NCBI GenBank assembly: GCA_964057225.1
Contig: OZ059897.1
Location: 22,506,001-22,570,000, forward strand
Length of the DNA: 64,000 nucleotides
Reading direction: 5' to 3'
Origin: Auanema rhodensis
Lineage: Eukaryota; Animalia; Nematoda
Under the pieces are notes generated by a model, which was not told the DNA's origin, searched no databases, and worked only from the letters and a program-made list of their open reading frames with translations. Position 1 is the stretch's first letter. Each line of letters begins with the position of its first letter. Shown here in pieces: positions 11,201 through 26,225 of the stretch. Made by a program: the position numbers and the translations under genes.

Positions 11201-14200
11201 AGTCATGGTTACCATGAACCAATATTGATAAAAATTTGTTTTTAGACTAATATGGACATGGGGAATCTAATTTTGAAAACCGCATCTCTCTATCTTTCAC
11301 GTGAAGCGAGTTACATACCAAGTGCACATCACGTGTACATTTAATTAGCATAAATTAAAGTTCACGTAAATTTCAAAGTCATAGTTACCATGAACCAATA
11401 TCAATAAAAATTTGTTTTTAGACTAATATGGACATGGGGAATCTAATTTTGAAAACCGCATCTCTTTATCTTTCACGTGAAGCGAGTTACATACCAAGTG
11501 CACATCACGTGTACATTTAATTAGCATAAATTAAAGTTCACGTAAATTTCAAAGTCATGGTTACCATGAACCAATATCAATAAAAATTTGTTTTTAGACT
11601 AATATGGACATGGGGAATCTAATTTTGAAAACCGCATCTCTTTATCTTTCACGTGAAGCGAGTTACATACCAAGTGCACATCACGTGTACATTTAATTAG
11701 CATAAATTAAAGTTCACGTAAATTTCAAAGTCATGGTTACCATGAACCAATATCAATAAAAATTTGTTTTTAGACTAATATGGACATGGGGAATCTAATT
11801 TTGAAAACCGCATCTCTTTATCTTTCACGTGAAGCGAGTTACATACCAAGTGCACATCACGTGTACATTTAATTAGCATAAATTAAAGTTCACGTAAATT
11901 TCAAAGTCATGGTTACCATGCACCAATATCAATAAAAATTTGTTTTTAGACTAATATGGACATGGGGAATCTAATTTTGAAAACCGCATCTCTTTATCTT
12001 TCACGTGAAGCGAGTTACATACCAAGTGCACATCACGTGTACATTTAATTAGCATAAATTAAAGTTCACGTAAATCTCAAAGTCATGGTTACCATGAACC
12101 AATATCAATAAAAATTTGTTTTTAAACTAATATGGACATGGGGAATCTAATTTTGAAAACCGCATCTCTTTATCTTTCACGTGAAGCGAGTTACATACCA
12201 AGTGCACATCACGTGTACATTTAATTAGCATAAATTAAAGTTCACGTAAATTTCAAAGTCATGGTTACCATGCACCAATATCAATAAAAATTTGTTTTTA
12301 GACTAATATGGACATGGGGAATCTAATTTTGAAAACCGTATCTCTTTATCTTTCACGTGAAGCGAGTTACATACCAAGTGCACATCACGTGTACATTTAA
12401 TTAGCATAAATTAAAGTTCACGTAAATTTCAAAGTCATGGTTACCATGCACCAATATCAATAAAAATTTGTTTTTGGACTAATATGGACATGGGGAATCT
12501 AATTTTGAAAACCGCATCTCTTTATCTTTCACGTGAAGCGAGTTACATACCAAGTGCACATCACGTGTACATTTAATTAGCATAAATTAAAGTTCACGTA
12601 AATTTCAAAGTCATGGTTACCATTCACCAATATCAATAAAAATTTGTTTTTAGACTAATATGGACATGGGGAATCTAATTTTGAAAACCGCATCTCTTTA
12701 TCTTTCACGTGAAGCGAGTTACATACCAAGTGCACATCACGTGTATATTTAATTAGCATAAATTAAAGTTCACGTAAATTTCAAAGTCATGGTTACCATG
12801 CACCAATATCAATCAAATTTTGTTTTTAGACTAATATGGACATGGGGAATCTAATTTTGAAAACAGCATCTCTTCATCTTTCACGTGAAGCGAGTTACAT
12901 ACCAAGTGCACATCACGTGTACATTTAATTAGCATAAATTAAAGTTCACGTAAATTTCAAAGTCATGGTTACCATGCACCAATATCAATAAAAATTTGTT
13001 TTTAGACTAATATGGACATGGGGAATCTAATTTTGAAAACCGCATCTCTTTATCTTTCACGTGAAGTGAGTTACATACCAAGTGCACATCACGTGTACAT
13101 TTAATTAGCATAAATTAAAGTTCACGTAAATTTCAAAGTCATGGTTACCATGCACCAATATCAATAAAAATTTGTTTTTAAACTAATATGGACATGGGGA
13201 ATCTAATTTTGAGAACCGCATCTCTTTATCTTTCACGTGAAGCGAGTTACATACCAAGTGCACATCACGTGTACATTTAATTAGCATAAATTAAAGTTCA
13301 CGTAAATTTCAAAGTCATGGTTACCATGCACCAATATCAATAAAAATTTGTTTTTAGACTAATATGGACATGGGGAATCTAATTTTGAAAACCGCATCTC
13401 TTTATCTTTCACGTGAAGCGAGTTACATACCAAGTGCACATCACGTGTACATTTAATTAGCATAAATTAAAGTTCACGTAAATTTCAAAGTCATGGTTAC
13501 CATGAACCAATATCAATAAAAATTTGTTTTTAGACTAATATGGACATGGGGAATCTAATTTTGAAAACCGCATCTCTTTATCTTTCACGTGAAGCGAGTT
13601 ACATACCAAGTGCACATCACGTGTACATTTAATTAGCATAAATTAAAGTTCACGTAAATTTCAAAGTCATGGTTACCATGAACCAATATCAATAAAAATT
13701 TGTTTTTAGACTAATATGGACATGGGGAATCTAATTTTGAAAACCGCATCTCTTTATCTTTCACGTGAAGCGAGTTACATACCAAGTGCCCATCACGTGT
13801 ACATTTAATTAGCATAAATTAAAGTTCACGTAAATTTCAAAGTCATGGTTACCATGAACCAATATCAATAAAAATTTGTTTTTAGACTAATATGGACATG
13901 GGGAATCTAATTTTGAAAACCGCATCTCGTTATCTTTCACGTGAAGCGAGTTACATACCAAGTGCACATCACGTGTACATTTAATTAGCATAAATTAAAG
14001 TTCACGTAAATTTCAAAGTCATGGTTACCATGCACCAATATCAATCAAAATTTGTTTTTAGACTAATATGGACATGGGGAATCTAATTTTGAAAACCGCA
14101 TCTCTTTATCTTTCACGTGAAGCAAGTTACATACCAAGTGCACATCACGTGTACATTTAATTAGCATAAATTAAAGTTCACGTAAATTTCAAAGTCATGG

Positions 14201-14961
14201 TTACCATGCACCAATATCAATAAAAATTTGTTTTTAGACTAATATGGACATGGGGAATCTAATTTTGAAAACCGCATCTCTTTATCTTTCACGTGAAGCG
14301 AGTTACATACCAAGTGCACATCACGTGTACATTTAATTAGCATAAATTAAAGTTCACGTAAATTTCAAAGTCATGGTTACCATGCACCAATATCAATAAA
14401 AATTTGTTTTTAGACTAATATGGACATGGGGAATCTAATTTTGAAAACCGCATCTCTTTATCTTTCACGTGAAGCGAGTTACATACCAAGTGCACATCAC
14501 GTGTACATTTAATTAGCATAAATTAAAGTTCACGTAAATTTCAAAGTCATGGTTACCATGAACCAATATCAATAAAAATTTGTTTTTAGACTAATATGGA
14601 CATGGGGAATCTAATTTTGAAAACCGCATCTCTTTATCTTTTACGTGAAGCGAGTTACATACCAAGTGCACATCACGTGTACATTTAATTAGCATAAATT
14701 AAAGTTCACGTAAATTTCAAAGTCATGGTTACCATGCACCAATATCAATAAAAATTTGTTTTTAGACTAATATGGACATGGGGAATCTAATTTTGAAAAC
14801 CGCATCTCTTTATCTTTCACGTGAAGCGAGTTACATACCAAGTGCACATCACGTGTACATTTAATTAGCATAAATTAAAGTTCACGTAAATTTCAAAGTC
14901 ATGGTTACCATGAACCAATATCAATAAAAATTTGTTTTTAGACTAATATGGACATGGGGAA

Positions 14962-16721
14962 TCTAATTTTGAAAACCGCATCTCTTTATCTTTCACGTGA
15001 AGCGAGTTACATACCAAGTGCACATCACGTGTACATTTAATTAGCATAAATTAAAGTTCACGTAAATTTCAAAGTCATGGTTACCATGAACCAATATCAA
15101 TAAAAATTTGTTTTTAGACTAATATGGACATGGGAAATCTAATTTTGAAAACCGCATCTCTTTATCTTTCACGTGAAGCGAGTTACATACCAAGTGCACA
15201 TCACGTGTACATTTAATTAGCATAAATTAAAGTTCACGTAAATTTCAAAGTCATGGTTACCATGAAGCAATATCAATAAAAATTTGTTTTTAGACTAATA
15301 TGGACATGGGGAATCAAATTTTGAAAACAGCATCTCTTCATCTTTCACGTGAAGCGAGTTACATACCAAGTGCACATCACGTGTACATTTAATTAGCATA
15401 AATTAAAGTTCACGTAAATTTCAAAGTCATGGTTACCATGCACCAATATCAATAAAAATTTGTTTTTAGACTAATATGGACATGGGGAATCTAATTTTGA
15501 AAACCGCATCTCTTTATCTTTCACGTGAAGCGAGTTACATACCAAGTGCACATCACGTGTACATTTAATTAGCATAAATTAAAGTTCACGTAAATTTCAA
15601 AGTCATGGTTACCATGAACCAATATCAATAAAAATTTGTTTTTAGACTAATATGGACATGGGAAATCTAATTTTGAAAACCGCATCTCTTTATCTTTCAC
15701 GTAAAGCGAGTTACATACCAAGTGCACATCACGTGTACATTTAATTAGCATAAATTAAAGTTCACGTAAATTTCAAAGTCATGGTTACCATGAAGCAATA
15801 TCAATAAAAATTTGTTTTTAGACTAATATGGACATGGGGAATCAAATTTTGAAAACCGCATCTCTTTATCTTTCACGTGAAGCGAGTTACATAACAAGTG
15901 CACATCACGTGTACATTTAATTAGCATGAATTAAAGTTCACGTAAATTTCAAAGTCATGGTTACCATGCACCAATATCAATAAAATTTTGTTTTTAGACT
16001 AATATGGACATGGGGAATCTAATTTTGAAAACAGCATCTCTTCATCTTTCACGTGAAGCGAGTTACATACCAAGTGCACATCACGTGTACATTTAATTAG
16101 CATAAATTAAAGTTCACGTAAATTTCAAAGTCATGGTTACCATGCACCAATATCAATAAAAATTTGTTTTTAGACTAATATGGACATGGGGAATCTAATT
16201 TTGAAAACCGCATCTCTTTATCTTTCACGTGAAGCGAGTTACATACCAAGTGCACATCACGTGTACATTTAATTAGCATAAATTAAAGTTCACGTAAATT
16301 TCAAAGTCATGGTTACCATGAACCAATATCAATAAAAATTTGTTTTTAGACTAATATGGACATGGGAAATCTAATTTTGAAAACCGCATCTCTTTATCTT
16401 TCACGTAAAGCGAGTTACATACCAAGTGCACATCACGTGTACATTTAATTAGCATAAATTAAAGTTCACGTAAATTTCAAAGTCATGGTTACCATGAAGC
16501 AATATCAATAAAAATTTGTTTTTAGACTAATATGGACATGGGGAATCAAATTTTGAAAACCGCATCTCTTTATCTTTCACGTGAAGCGAGTTACATACCA
16601 AGTGCACATCACGTGTACATTTAATTAGCATAAATTAAAGTTCACGTAAATTTCAAAGTCATGGTTACCATGCACCAATATCAACAAAAATTTGTTTTTA
16701 GACTAATATGGACATGGGGAA
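14962..16721. repeat. 3/4-monomer higher-order repeat, ~2.5-3 copies
   Basis: The order [A128+GGGAAA], [ATGAAGC], [TCAAAT...] recurs starting at 14962, 15490 and 16194. Confidence 0.75.
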
Positions 16722-19700
16722 TCTAATTTTGAAAACCGCATCTCTTTATCTTTCACGTGAAGCGAGTTACATACCAAGAGCACATCACGTGTACATTTAA
16801 TTAGCATAAATTAAAGTTCACGTAAATTTCAAAGTCATGGTTACCATGAACCAATATCAATAAAAATTTGTTTTTAGACTAATATGGACATGGGGAATCT
16901 AATTTTGAAAACCGCATCTCTTCATCTTTCACGTGAAGCGAGTTACATACCAAGTGCACATCACGTGTACATTTAATTAGCATAAATTAAAGTTCACGTA
17001 AATTTCAAAGTCATGGTTACCATGCACCAATATCAATAAAAATTTGTTTTTAGACTAATATGGACATGGGGAATCTAATTTTGAAAACCGCATCTCTTTA
17101 TCTTTCACGTGAAGCGAGTTACATACCAAGTGCACATCACGTGTACATTTAATTAGCATAAATTAAAGTTCACGTAAATTTCAAAGTCATGGTTACCATG
17201 AAGCAATATCAATAAAAATTTGTTTTTAGACTAATATGGACATGGGGAATCTAATTTTGAAAACCGCATCTCTTTATCTTTCACGTGAAGCGAGTTACAT
17301 ACCAAGTGCACATCACGTGTACATTTAATTAGCATTAATTAAAGTTCACGTAAATTTCAAAGTCATGGTTACCATGAACCAATATCAATAAAAATTTGTT
17401 TTTAGACTAATATGGACATGGGGAATCTAATTTTGGAAACCGCATCTCTTTATCTTTCACGTGAAGCGAGTTACATACCAAGTGCACATCACGTGTACAT
17501 TTAATTAGCATAAATTAAAGTTCACGTAAATTTCAAAGTCATAGTTACCATGAAGCAATATCAATAAAAATTTGTTTTTAGACTAATATGGACATGGGGA
17601 ATCTAATTTTGAAAACCGCATCTCTTTATCTTTCACGTGAAGCGAGTTACATACCAAGTGCACATCACGTGTACATTTATTTAGCATAAATTAAAGTTCA
17701 CGTAAATTTCAAAGTCATGGTTACCATGAACCAATATCAATAAAAATTTGTTTTTAGACTAATATGGACATGGGGAATCTAATTTTGAAAACCGCATTTC
17801 TTTATCTTTCACGTGAAGCGAGTTACATACCAAGAGCACATCACGTGTACATTTAATTAGCATAAATTAAAGTTCACGTAAATTTCAAAGTCATGGTTAC
17901 CATGAAGCAATATCAATAAAAATTTGTTTTTAGACTAATATGGACATGGGGAATCTAATTTTGAAAACCGCATCTCTTTATCTTTCACGTGAAGCGAGTT
18001 ACATACCAAGTGCACATCACGTGTACATTTAATTAGCATAAATTAAAGTTCACGTAAATTTCAAAGTCATGGTTACCATGAAGCAATATCAATAAAAATT
18101 TGTTTTTAGACTAATATGGACATGGGGAATCTAATTTTGAAAACCGCATCTCTTCATCTTTCACGTGAAGCGAGTTACATACCAAGTGCACATCACGTGT
18201 ACATTTAATTAGCATTAATTAAAGTTCACGTAAATTTCAAAGTCATGGTTACCATGAACCAATATCAATAAAAATTTGTTTTTAGACTAATATAGACATG
18301 GGGAATCTAATTTTGAAAACCGCATCTCTTTATCTTTCACGTGAAGCGAGTTACATACCAAGTGCACATCACGTGTACATTTAATTAGCATAAATTAAAG
18401 TTCACGTAAATTTCAAAGTCATGGTTACCATGAACCAATATCAATAAAAATTTGTTTTTAGACTAATATGGACATGGGGAATCTAATTTTGAGAACCGCA
18501 TCTCTTTATCTTTCACGTGAAGCGAGTTACATACCAAGTGCACATCACGTGTACATTTAATTAGCATAAATTAAAGTTCACGTAAATTTCAAAGTCATGG
18601 TTACCATGAACCAATATCAATAAAAATTTGTTTTTAGACTAATATGGACATGGGGAATCTAATTTTGAAAACCGCATCTCTTTATCTTTCACGTGAAGCG
18701 AGTTACATACCAAGTGCACATCACGTGTACATTTAATTAGCATAAATTAAAGTTCACGTAAATTTCAAAGTCATGGTTACCATGAACCAATATCAATAAA
18801 AATTTGTTCTTAGACTAATATGGACATGGGGAATCTAATTTTGAAAACCGCATCTCTTTATCTTTCACGTGAAGCGAGTTACATACCAAGTGCACATCAC
18901 GTGTACATTTAATTAGCATAAATTAAAGTTCACGTAAATTTCAAAGTCATGGTTACCATGCACAAATATCAATAAAAATTTGTTTTTAGACTAATATGGA
19001 CATGGGGAATCTAATTTTGAAAACCGCATCTCTTTATCTTTCACGTGAAGCGAGTTACATATCAAGTGCACATCACGTGTACATTTAATTAGCATAAATT
19101 AAAGTTCACGTAAATTTCAAAGTCATGGTTACCATGCACCAATATCAATAAAAATTTGTTTTTAGACTAATATGGACATGGGGAATCTAATTTTGAAAAC
19201 CGCATCTCTTTATCTTTCACGTGAAGCGAGTTACATACCAAGAGCACATCACGTGTACATTTAATTAGCATAAATTAAAGTTCACGTAAATTTCAAAGTC
19301 ATGGTTACCATGAACCAATATCAATAAAAATTTGTTTTTAGACTAATATGGACATGGGGAATCTAATTTTGAAAACCGCATCTCTTTATCTTTCACGTGA
19401 AGCGAGTTACATACCAAGTGCACATCACGTGTACATTTAATTAGCATAAATTAAAGTTCACGTAAATTTCAAAGTCATGGTTACCATGAACCAATATCAA
19501 TAAAAATTTGTTTTTAGACTAATATGGACATGGGGAATCTAATTTTGAAAACCGCATCTCTTTATCTTTCACGTGAAGCGAGTTACATACCAAGTGCACA
19601 TCACGTGTACATTTAATTAGCATAAATTAAAGTTCACGTAAATTTCAAAGTCATGGTTACCATGAACCAATATCAATAAAAATTTGTTTTTAGACTAATA

Positions 19701-22700
19701 TGGACATGGGGAATCTAATTTTGAAAACCGCATCTCTTTATCTTTCACGTGAAGCGAGTTACATACCAAGTGCAAATCACGTGTACATTTAATTAGCATA
19801 AATTAAAGTTCACGTAAATTTCAAAGTCATGGTTACCATGAACCAATATCAATAAAAATTTGTTTTTAGACTAATATGGACATGGGGAATCTAATTTTGA
19901 AAACCGCATCTCTTTATCTTTCACGTGAAGCGAGTTACATACCAAGTGCACATCACGTGTACATTTAATTAGCATAAATTAAAGTTCACGTAAATTTCAA
20001 AGTCATGGTTACCATGAACCAATATCAATAAAAATTTGTTTTTAGACTAATATGGACATGGGGAATCTAATTTTGAAAACCGCATCTCTTTATCTTTCAC
20101 GTGAAGCGAGTTACATACCAAGTGCACATCACGTGTACATTTAATTAGCATAAATTAAAGTTCACGTAAATTTCAAAGTCATGGTTACCATGCACAAATA
20201 TCAATAAAAATTTGTTTTTAGACTAATATGGACATGGGGAATCTAATTTTGAAAACTGCATCTCTTTATCTTTCACGTGAAGCGAGTTACATACCAAGTG
20301 CACATCACGTGTACATTTAATTAGCATAAATTAAAGTTCACGTAAATTTCAAAGTCATGGTTACCATGCACCAATATCAATAAAAATTTGTTTTTAGACT
20401 AATATGGACATGGGGAATCTAATTTTGAAAACCGCATCTCTTTATCTTTCACGTGAAGCGAGTTACATACCAAGAGCACATCACGTGTACATTTAATTAG
20501 CATAAATTAAAGTTCACGTAAATTTCAAAGTCATGGTTACCATGAACCAATATCAATAAAAATTTGTTTTTAGACTAATATGGACATGGGGAATCTAAAT
20601 TTGAAAACCGCATCTCTTCATCTTTCACGTGAAGCGAGTTACATACCAAGTGCACATCACGTGTACATTTAATTAGCATAAATTAAAGTTCACGTAAATT
20701 TCAAAGTCATGGTTACCATGCACCAATATCAATAAAAATTTGTTTTTAGACTAATATGGACATGGGGAATCTAATTTTGAAAACCGCATCTCTTTATCTT
20801 TCACGTGAAGCGAGTTACATACCAAGTGCACATCACGTGTACATTTAATTAGCATAAATTAAAGTTCACGTAAATTTCAAAGTCATGGTTACCATGAAGC
20901 AATATCAATAAAAATTTGTTTTTAGACTAATATGGACATGGGGAATCTAATTTTGAAAACCGCATCTCTTTATCTTTCACGTGAAGCGAGTTACATACCA
21001 AGTGCACATCACGTGTACATTTAATTAGCATTAATTAAAGTTCACGTAAATTTCAAAGTCATGGTTACCATGAACCAATATCAATAAAAATTTGTTTTTA
21101 GACTAATATGGACATGGGGAATCTAATTTTGGAAACCGCATCTCTTTATCTTTCACGTGAAGCGAGTTACATACCAAGTGCACATCACGTGTACATTTAA
21201 TTAGCATAAATTAAAGTTCACGTAAATTTCAAAGTCATAGTTACCATGAAGCAATATCAATAAAAATTTGTTTTTAGACTAATATGGACATGGGGAATCT
21301 AATTTTGAAAACCGCATCTCTTTATCTTTCACGTGAAGCGAGTTACATACCAAGTGCACATCACGTGTACATTTATTTAGCATAAATTAAAGTTCACGTA
21401 AATTTCAAAGTCATGGTTACCATGAACCAATATCAATAAAAATTTGTTTTTAGACTAATATGGACATGGGGAATCTAATTTTGAAATCCGCATTTTTTTA
21501 TCTTTCACGTGAAGCGAGTTACATACCAAGAGCACATCACGTGTACATTTAATTAGCATAAATTAAAGTTCACGTAAATTTCAAAGTCATGGTTACCATG
21601 AAGCAATATCAATAAAAATTTGTTTTTAGACTAATATGGACATGGGGAATCTAATTTTGAAAACCGCATCTCTTTATTTTTCACGTGAAGCGAGTTACAT
21701 ACCAAGTGCACATCACGTGTACATTTAATTAGCATAAATTAAAGTTCACGTAAATTTCAAAGTCATGGTTACCATGAAGCAATATCAATAAAAATTTGTT
21801 TTTAGACTAATATGGACATGGGGAATCTAATTTTGAAAACCGCATCTCTTTATCTTTCACGTGAAGCGAGTTACATACCAAGTGCACATCACGTGTACAT
21901 ATAATTAGCATAAATTAAAGTTCACGTAAATTTTAAAGTCATGGTTACCATGAACCAATATCAATAAAAATTTGTTTTTAGACTAATATGGACATGGGGA
22001 ATCTAATATTGAAAACCGCATCTCTTTATCTTTCACGTGAAGCGAGTTACATACCAAGTGCACATCACGTGTACATTTAATTAGCATAAATTAAAGTTCA
22101 CGTAAAATTCAAAGTCATGGTTACCATGCACCAATATAAATAAAAATTTGTTTTTAGACTAATATGGACATGGGGAATCTAATTTTGAAAACCGCATCTC
22201 TTTATCTTTCACGTGAAGCGAGTTACATACCAAGTGCACATCACGTGTACATTTAATTAGCATAAATTAAAGTTCACGTAAATTTCAAAGTCATGGTTAC
22301 CATGAAGCAATATCAATAAAAATTTGTTTTTAGACTAATATGGACATGGGGAATCTAATTTTGAAAACCGCATCTCTTTATCTCTCACGTGAAGCGAGTT
22401 ACATACCAAGTGCACATCACGTGTACATTTAATTAGCATTAATTAAAGTTCACGTAAATTTCAAAGTCATGGTTACCATGAACCAATATCAATAAAAATT
22501 TGTTTTTAGACTAATATGGACATGGGGAATCTAATTTTGAAAACCGCATCTCTTTATCTTTCACGTGAAGCGAGTTACATACCAAGTGCACATCACGTGT
22601 ACATTTAATTAGCATAAATTAAAGTTCACGTAAATTTCAAAGTCATGGTTACCATGAACCAATATCAATAAAAATTTGTTTTTAGACTAATATGGACATG

Positions 22701-25700
22701 GGGAATCTAATTTTGAAAACCGCATCTCTTTATCTTTCACGTGAAGCGAGTTACATACCAAGTGCACATCACGTGTACATTTAATTAGCATAAATTAAAG
22801 TTCACGTAAATTTCAAAGTCATGGTTACCATGCACCAATATCAATAAAAATTTGTTTTTAGACTAATATGGACATGGGGAATCTAATTTTGAAAACCGCA
22901 TCTCTTTATCTTTCACGTGAAGCGAGTTACATACCAAGTGCACATCACGTGTACATTTAATTAGCATAAATTAAAGTTCACGTAAATTTCAAAGTCATGG
23001 TTACCATGAACCAATATCAATAAAAATTTGTTTTTAGACTAATATGGACATGGGGAATCTAATATTGAAAACCGCATCTCTTTATCTTTCACGTGAAGCG
23101 AGTTACATACCAAGTGCACATCACGTGTACATTTAATTAGCATAAATTAAAGTTCACGTAAAATTCAAAGTCATGGTTACCATGCACCAATATCAATAAA
23201 AATTTGTTTTTAGACTAATATGGACATGGGGAATCTAATTTTGAAAACCGCATCTCTTTATCTTTCACGTGAAGCGAGTTACATACCAAGTGCACATCAC
23301 GTGTACATTTAATTAGCATAAATTAAAGTTCACGTAAATTTCAAAGTCATGGTTACCATGCACCAATATCAATAAAAATTTGTTTTTAGACTAATATGGA
23401 CATGGGGAATCTAATTTTGAAAACCGCATCTCTTTATCTTTCACGTGAAGCGAGTTACATACCAAGTGCACATCACGTGTACATTTAATTAGCATAAATT
23501 AAAGTTCACGTAAATTTCAAAGTCATGGTTACCATGCACCAATATCAATAAAAATTTGTTTTTAGACTAATATGGACATGGGGAATCTAATTTTGAAAAC
23601 CGCATCTCTTCATCTTTCACGTGAAGCGAGTTACATACCAAGTGCACATCACGTGTACATTTAATTAGCATAAATTAAAGTTCACGTAAATTTCAAAGTC
23701 ATGGTTACCATGAACCAATATCAATAAAAATTTGTTTTAAGACTAATATGGACATGGGGAATCTAATTTTGAAAACCGCATCTCTTTATCTTTCACGTGA
23801 AGCGAGTTACATACCAAGTGCACATCACGTGTACATTTAATTAGCATAAATTAAAGTTCACGTAAATTTCAAAGTCATGGTTACCATGAACCAATATCAA
23901 TAAAAATTTGTTTTTAGACTAATATGGACATGGGGAATCTAATTTTGAAAACCGCATCTCTTTATCTTTCACGTGAAGCGAGTTACATACCAAGTGCACA
24001 TCACGTGTACATTTAATTAGCATAAATTAAAGTTCACGTAAATTTCAAAGTCATGGTTACCATGAACCAATATCAACAAAAATTTGTTTTTAGACTAATA
24101 TGGACATGGGGAATCTAATTTTGAAAACCGCATCTCTTTATCTTTCACGTGAAGCGAGTTACATACCAAGTGCACATCACGTATACATTTAATTAGCATA
24201 AATTAAAGTTCACGTAAATTTCAAAGTCATGGTTACCATGAACCAATATCAATAAAAATTTGTTTTTAGACTAATATGGACATGGGGAATCTAATTTTGA
24301 AAACCGCATCTCTTTATCTTTCACGTGAAGCGAGTTACATACCAAGTGCACATCACGTGTACATTTAATTAGCTTAAATTAAAGTTCACGTAAATTTCAA
24401 AGTCATGGTTACCATGCACCAATATCAATAAAAATTTGTTTTTAGATTAATATGGACATGGGGAATCTAATTTTGAAAACCGCATCTCTTCATCTTTCAC
24501 GTGAAGCGAGTTACATACCAAGTGCACATCACGTGTACATTTAATTAGCATAAATTAAAGTTCACGTAAATTTCAAAGTCATGGTTACCATGCACCAATA
24601 TCAATAAAAATTTGTTTTTAGACTAATATGGACATGGGGAATCTAATTTTGAAAACCGCATCTCTTTATCTTTCACGTGAAGCGAGTTACATACCAAGTG
24701 CACATCACGTGTACATTTAATTAGCATAAATTAAAGTTCACGTAAATTTCAAAGTCATGGTTACCATGCACCAATATCAATAAAAATTTGTTTTTAGACT
24801 AATATGGACATGGGGAATCTAATTTTGAAAACCGCATCTCTTTATCTTTCACGTGAAGCGAGTTACATACCAAGTGCACATCACGTGTACATTTAATTAG
24901 CATAAATTAAAGTTCACGTAAATTTCAAAGTCATGGTTACCATGAACCAATATCAATAAAAATTTGTTTTTAGACTAATATGGACATGGGGAATCTAATT
25001 TTGAAAACCGCATCTCTTTATTTTTCACGTGAAGCGAGTTACATACCAAGTGCACATCACGTGTACATTTAATTAGCATAAATTAAAGTTCACGTAAATT
25101 TCAAAGTCATGGTTACCATGAACCAATATCAATAAAAATTTGTTTTTAGACTAATATGGACATGGGGAATCTAATTTTGAAAACCGCATCTCTTTATCTT
25201 TCACGTGAAGCGAGTTACATACCAAGTGCACATCACGTGTACATTTAATTAGCATAAATTAAAGTTCACGTAAATTTCAAAGTCATGGTTACCATGCACC
25301 AATATCAATAAAAATTTGTTTTTAGACTAATATGGACATGGGGAATCTAATTTTGAAAACCGCATCTCTTTATCTTTCACGTGAAGCGAGTTACATACCA
25401 AGTGCACATCACGTGTACATTTAATTAGCATAAATTAAAGTTCACGTAAATTTCAAAGTCATGGTTACCATGAACCAATATCAATAAAAATTTGTTTTTA
25501 GACTAATATGGACATGGGGAATCTAATTTTGAAAACCGCATCTCTTTATTTTTCACGTGAAGCGAGTTACATACCAAGTGCACATCACGTGTACATTTAA
25601 TTAGCATAAATTAAAGTTCACGTAAATTTCAAAGTCATGGTTACCATGAACCAATATCAATAAAAATTTGTTTTTAGACTAATATGGACATGGGGAATCT

Positions 25701-26225
25701 AATTTTGAAAACCGCATCTCTTTATCTTTCACGTGAAGCGAGTTACATACCAAGTGCACATCACGTGTACATTTAATTAGCATAAATTAAAGTTCACGTA
25801 AATTTCAAAGTCATGGTTACCATGAACCAATATCAATAAAAATTTGTTTTTAGACTAATATGGACATGGGGAATCTAATTTTGAAAACCGCATCTCTTTA
25901 TCTTTCACGTGAAGCGAGTTACATACCAAGTGCACATCACGTGTACATTTAATTAGCATAAATTAAAGTTCACGTAAATTTCAAAGTCATGGTTACCATG
26001 CACCAATATCAATAAAAATTTGTTTTTAGACTAATATGGACATGGGGAATCTAATTTTGAAAACCGCATCTCTTTATCTTTCACGTGAAGCGAGTTACAT
26101 ACCAAGTGCACATCACGTGTACATTTAATTAGCATAAATTAAAGTTCACGTAAATTTCAAAGTCATGGTTACCATGAACCAATATCAATAAAAATTTGTT
26201 TTTAGACTAATATGGACATGGGGAA

